Positions 63,333-64,000 of a stretch of 64,000 nt of DNA are shown piece after piece. Below the pieces are notes generated by a model. The model saw nothing but the letters and a program-made list of their open reading frames with translations. It searched no databases and had not been told where the DNA came from. The translations under genes were made by a program, and so were the position numbers. Origin of the DNA: Lama guanicoe (lineage: Eukaryota); contig MU053352.1 in NCBI GenBank assembly GCA_013239625.1, positions 753,079 through 817,078 on the forward strand, in the 5' to 3' direction. How positions within the stretch are numbered: the first letter of the stretch is position 1; each line of letters opens with the position of its first letter.

Positions 63333-64000
63333 TAAGTATCCTATAGGTGCCACCGAGGTCGCTGATAACTCTGCTTGATATTAATATGGAAATCCTTTCC
63401 CAGAAAATTTTACCCTTTTACTTTTTGGGATGTGTCACTGGATGAGTCTTGAGCTCTGTGTGGAAGAACTGAGATCAGTGAAATATTTGTTGCTAATCCG
63501 GAAGAATATGATCTTTATTGGATTGAAATTTATTTGATCAAATGCAAGCTAGTTACTTGGAGTCAGAATATTGCGTTGTTTCATTCAAGTGTTTGATAGG
63601 AATCCACAAGTACTATTCTTTGGATCGCCAAAAGTTGGACTTATATTATCAACTCCTTCTCTTTAGTGACAACAGTCAAAACAGTTGGGTTATACCAAGC
63701 CTTTTCTAAGAAGGAAAAAAGAAAAAAATAAAAAGAATGAAGACATTTAAATGACAACTTGTGAGAAGAAATTATTTTTTTCCCCAGGAAACAGTTGGCT
63801 TCATTTCTCTGGGAAATTCACCCTCATCCAATATAGTTTGTATACTCTAAGCAGGAAGTGACAACTTTATTAAACCCATGATTTAAATAGTGTTTTCACC
63901 AAATGTGTGCAAGTCCCTGAACAAATAGTGTGTTCATGGTTCTTGAGTTTGTGAAGAGATTACCATCACTCCACATTGGTCTGGAATGTTTCACGGTTAA

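Overview
Mammalian genomic DNA, most likely camelid, inferred from six copies of a tRNA-Ala-like SINE that I recognise as camelid-type. The right end holds a CpG-island bidirectional promoter. MORC2 runs on the + strand: its first coding exon is 63264-63331 ([22 protein letters not shown], then GTAAGT). TUG1 runs on the - strand (about 61870 down to about 52620). TUG1 carries an intact CUG-initiated 150-aa ORF at 61773-61321 (TUG1-BOAT-like), which the ORF track captures only as a 72-aa fragment. The remaining ~52 kb is intergenic and rich in transposons (L1, L2, MIR, MaLR/ERV LTRs, hAT/Tigger MITEs, SINEs), with one U6 retrocopy and several microsatellites. By human synteny SMTN should lie beyond the left edge, but no SMTN exon is visible. 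Candidate SRF (CArG) enhancer elements lie at 6011 and 16420. The most novel-looking element is a young 521-bp solo LTR (34398-34918, CTTT target-site duplication) carrying four MTF-1-type metal-response-element cores. Nearly all other ORFs in the track look spurious or repeat-derived. Repeat family names are by-eye calls with approximate boundaries. I cannot demonstrate a new biological system from the sequence alone.
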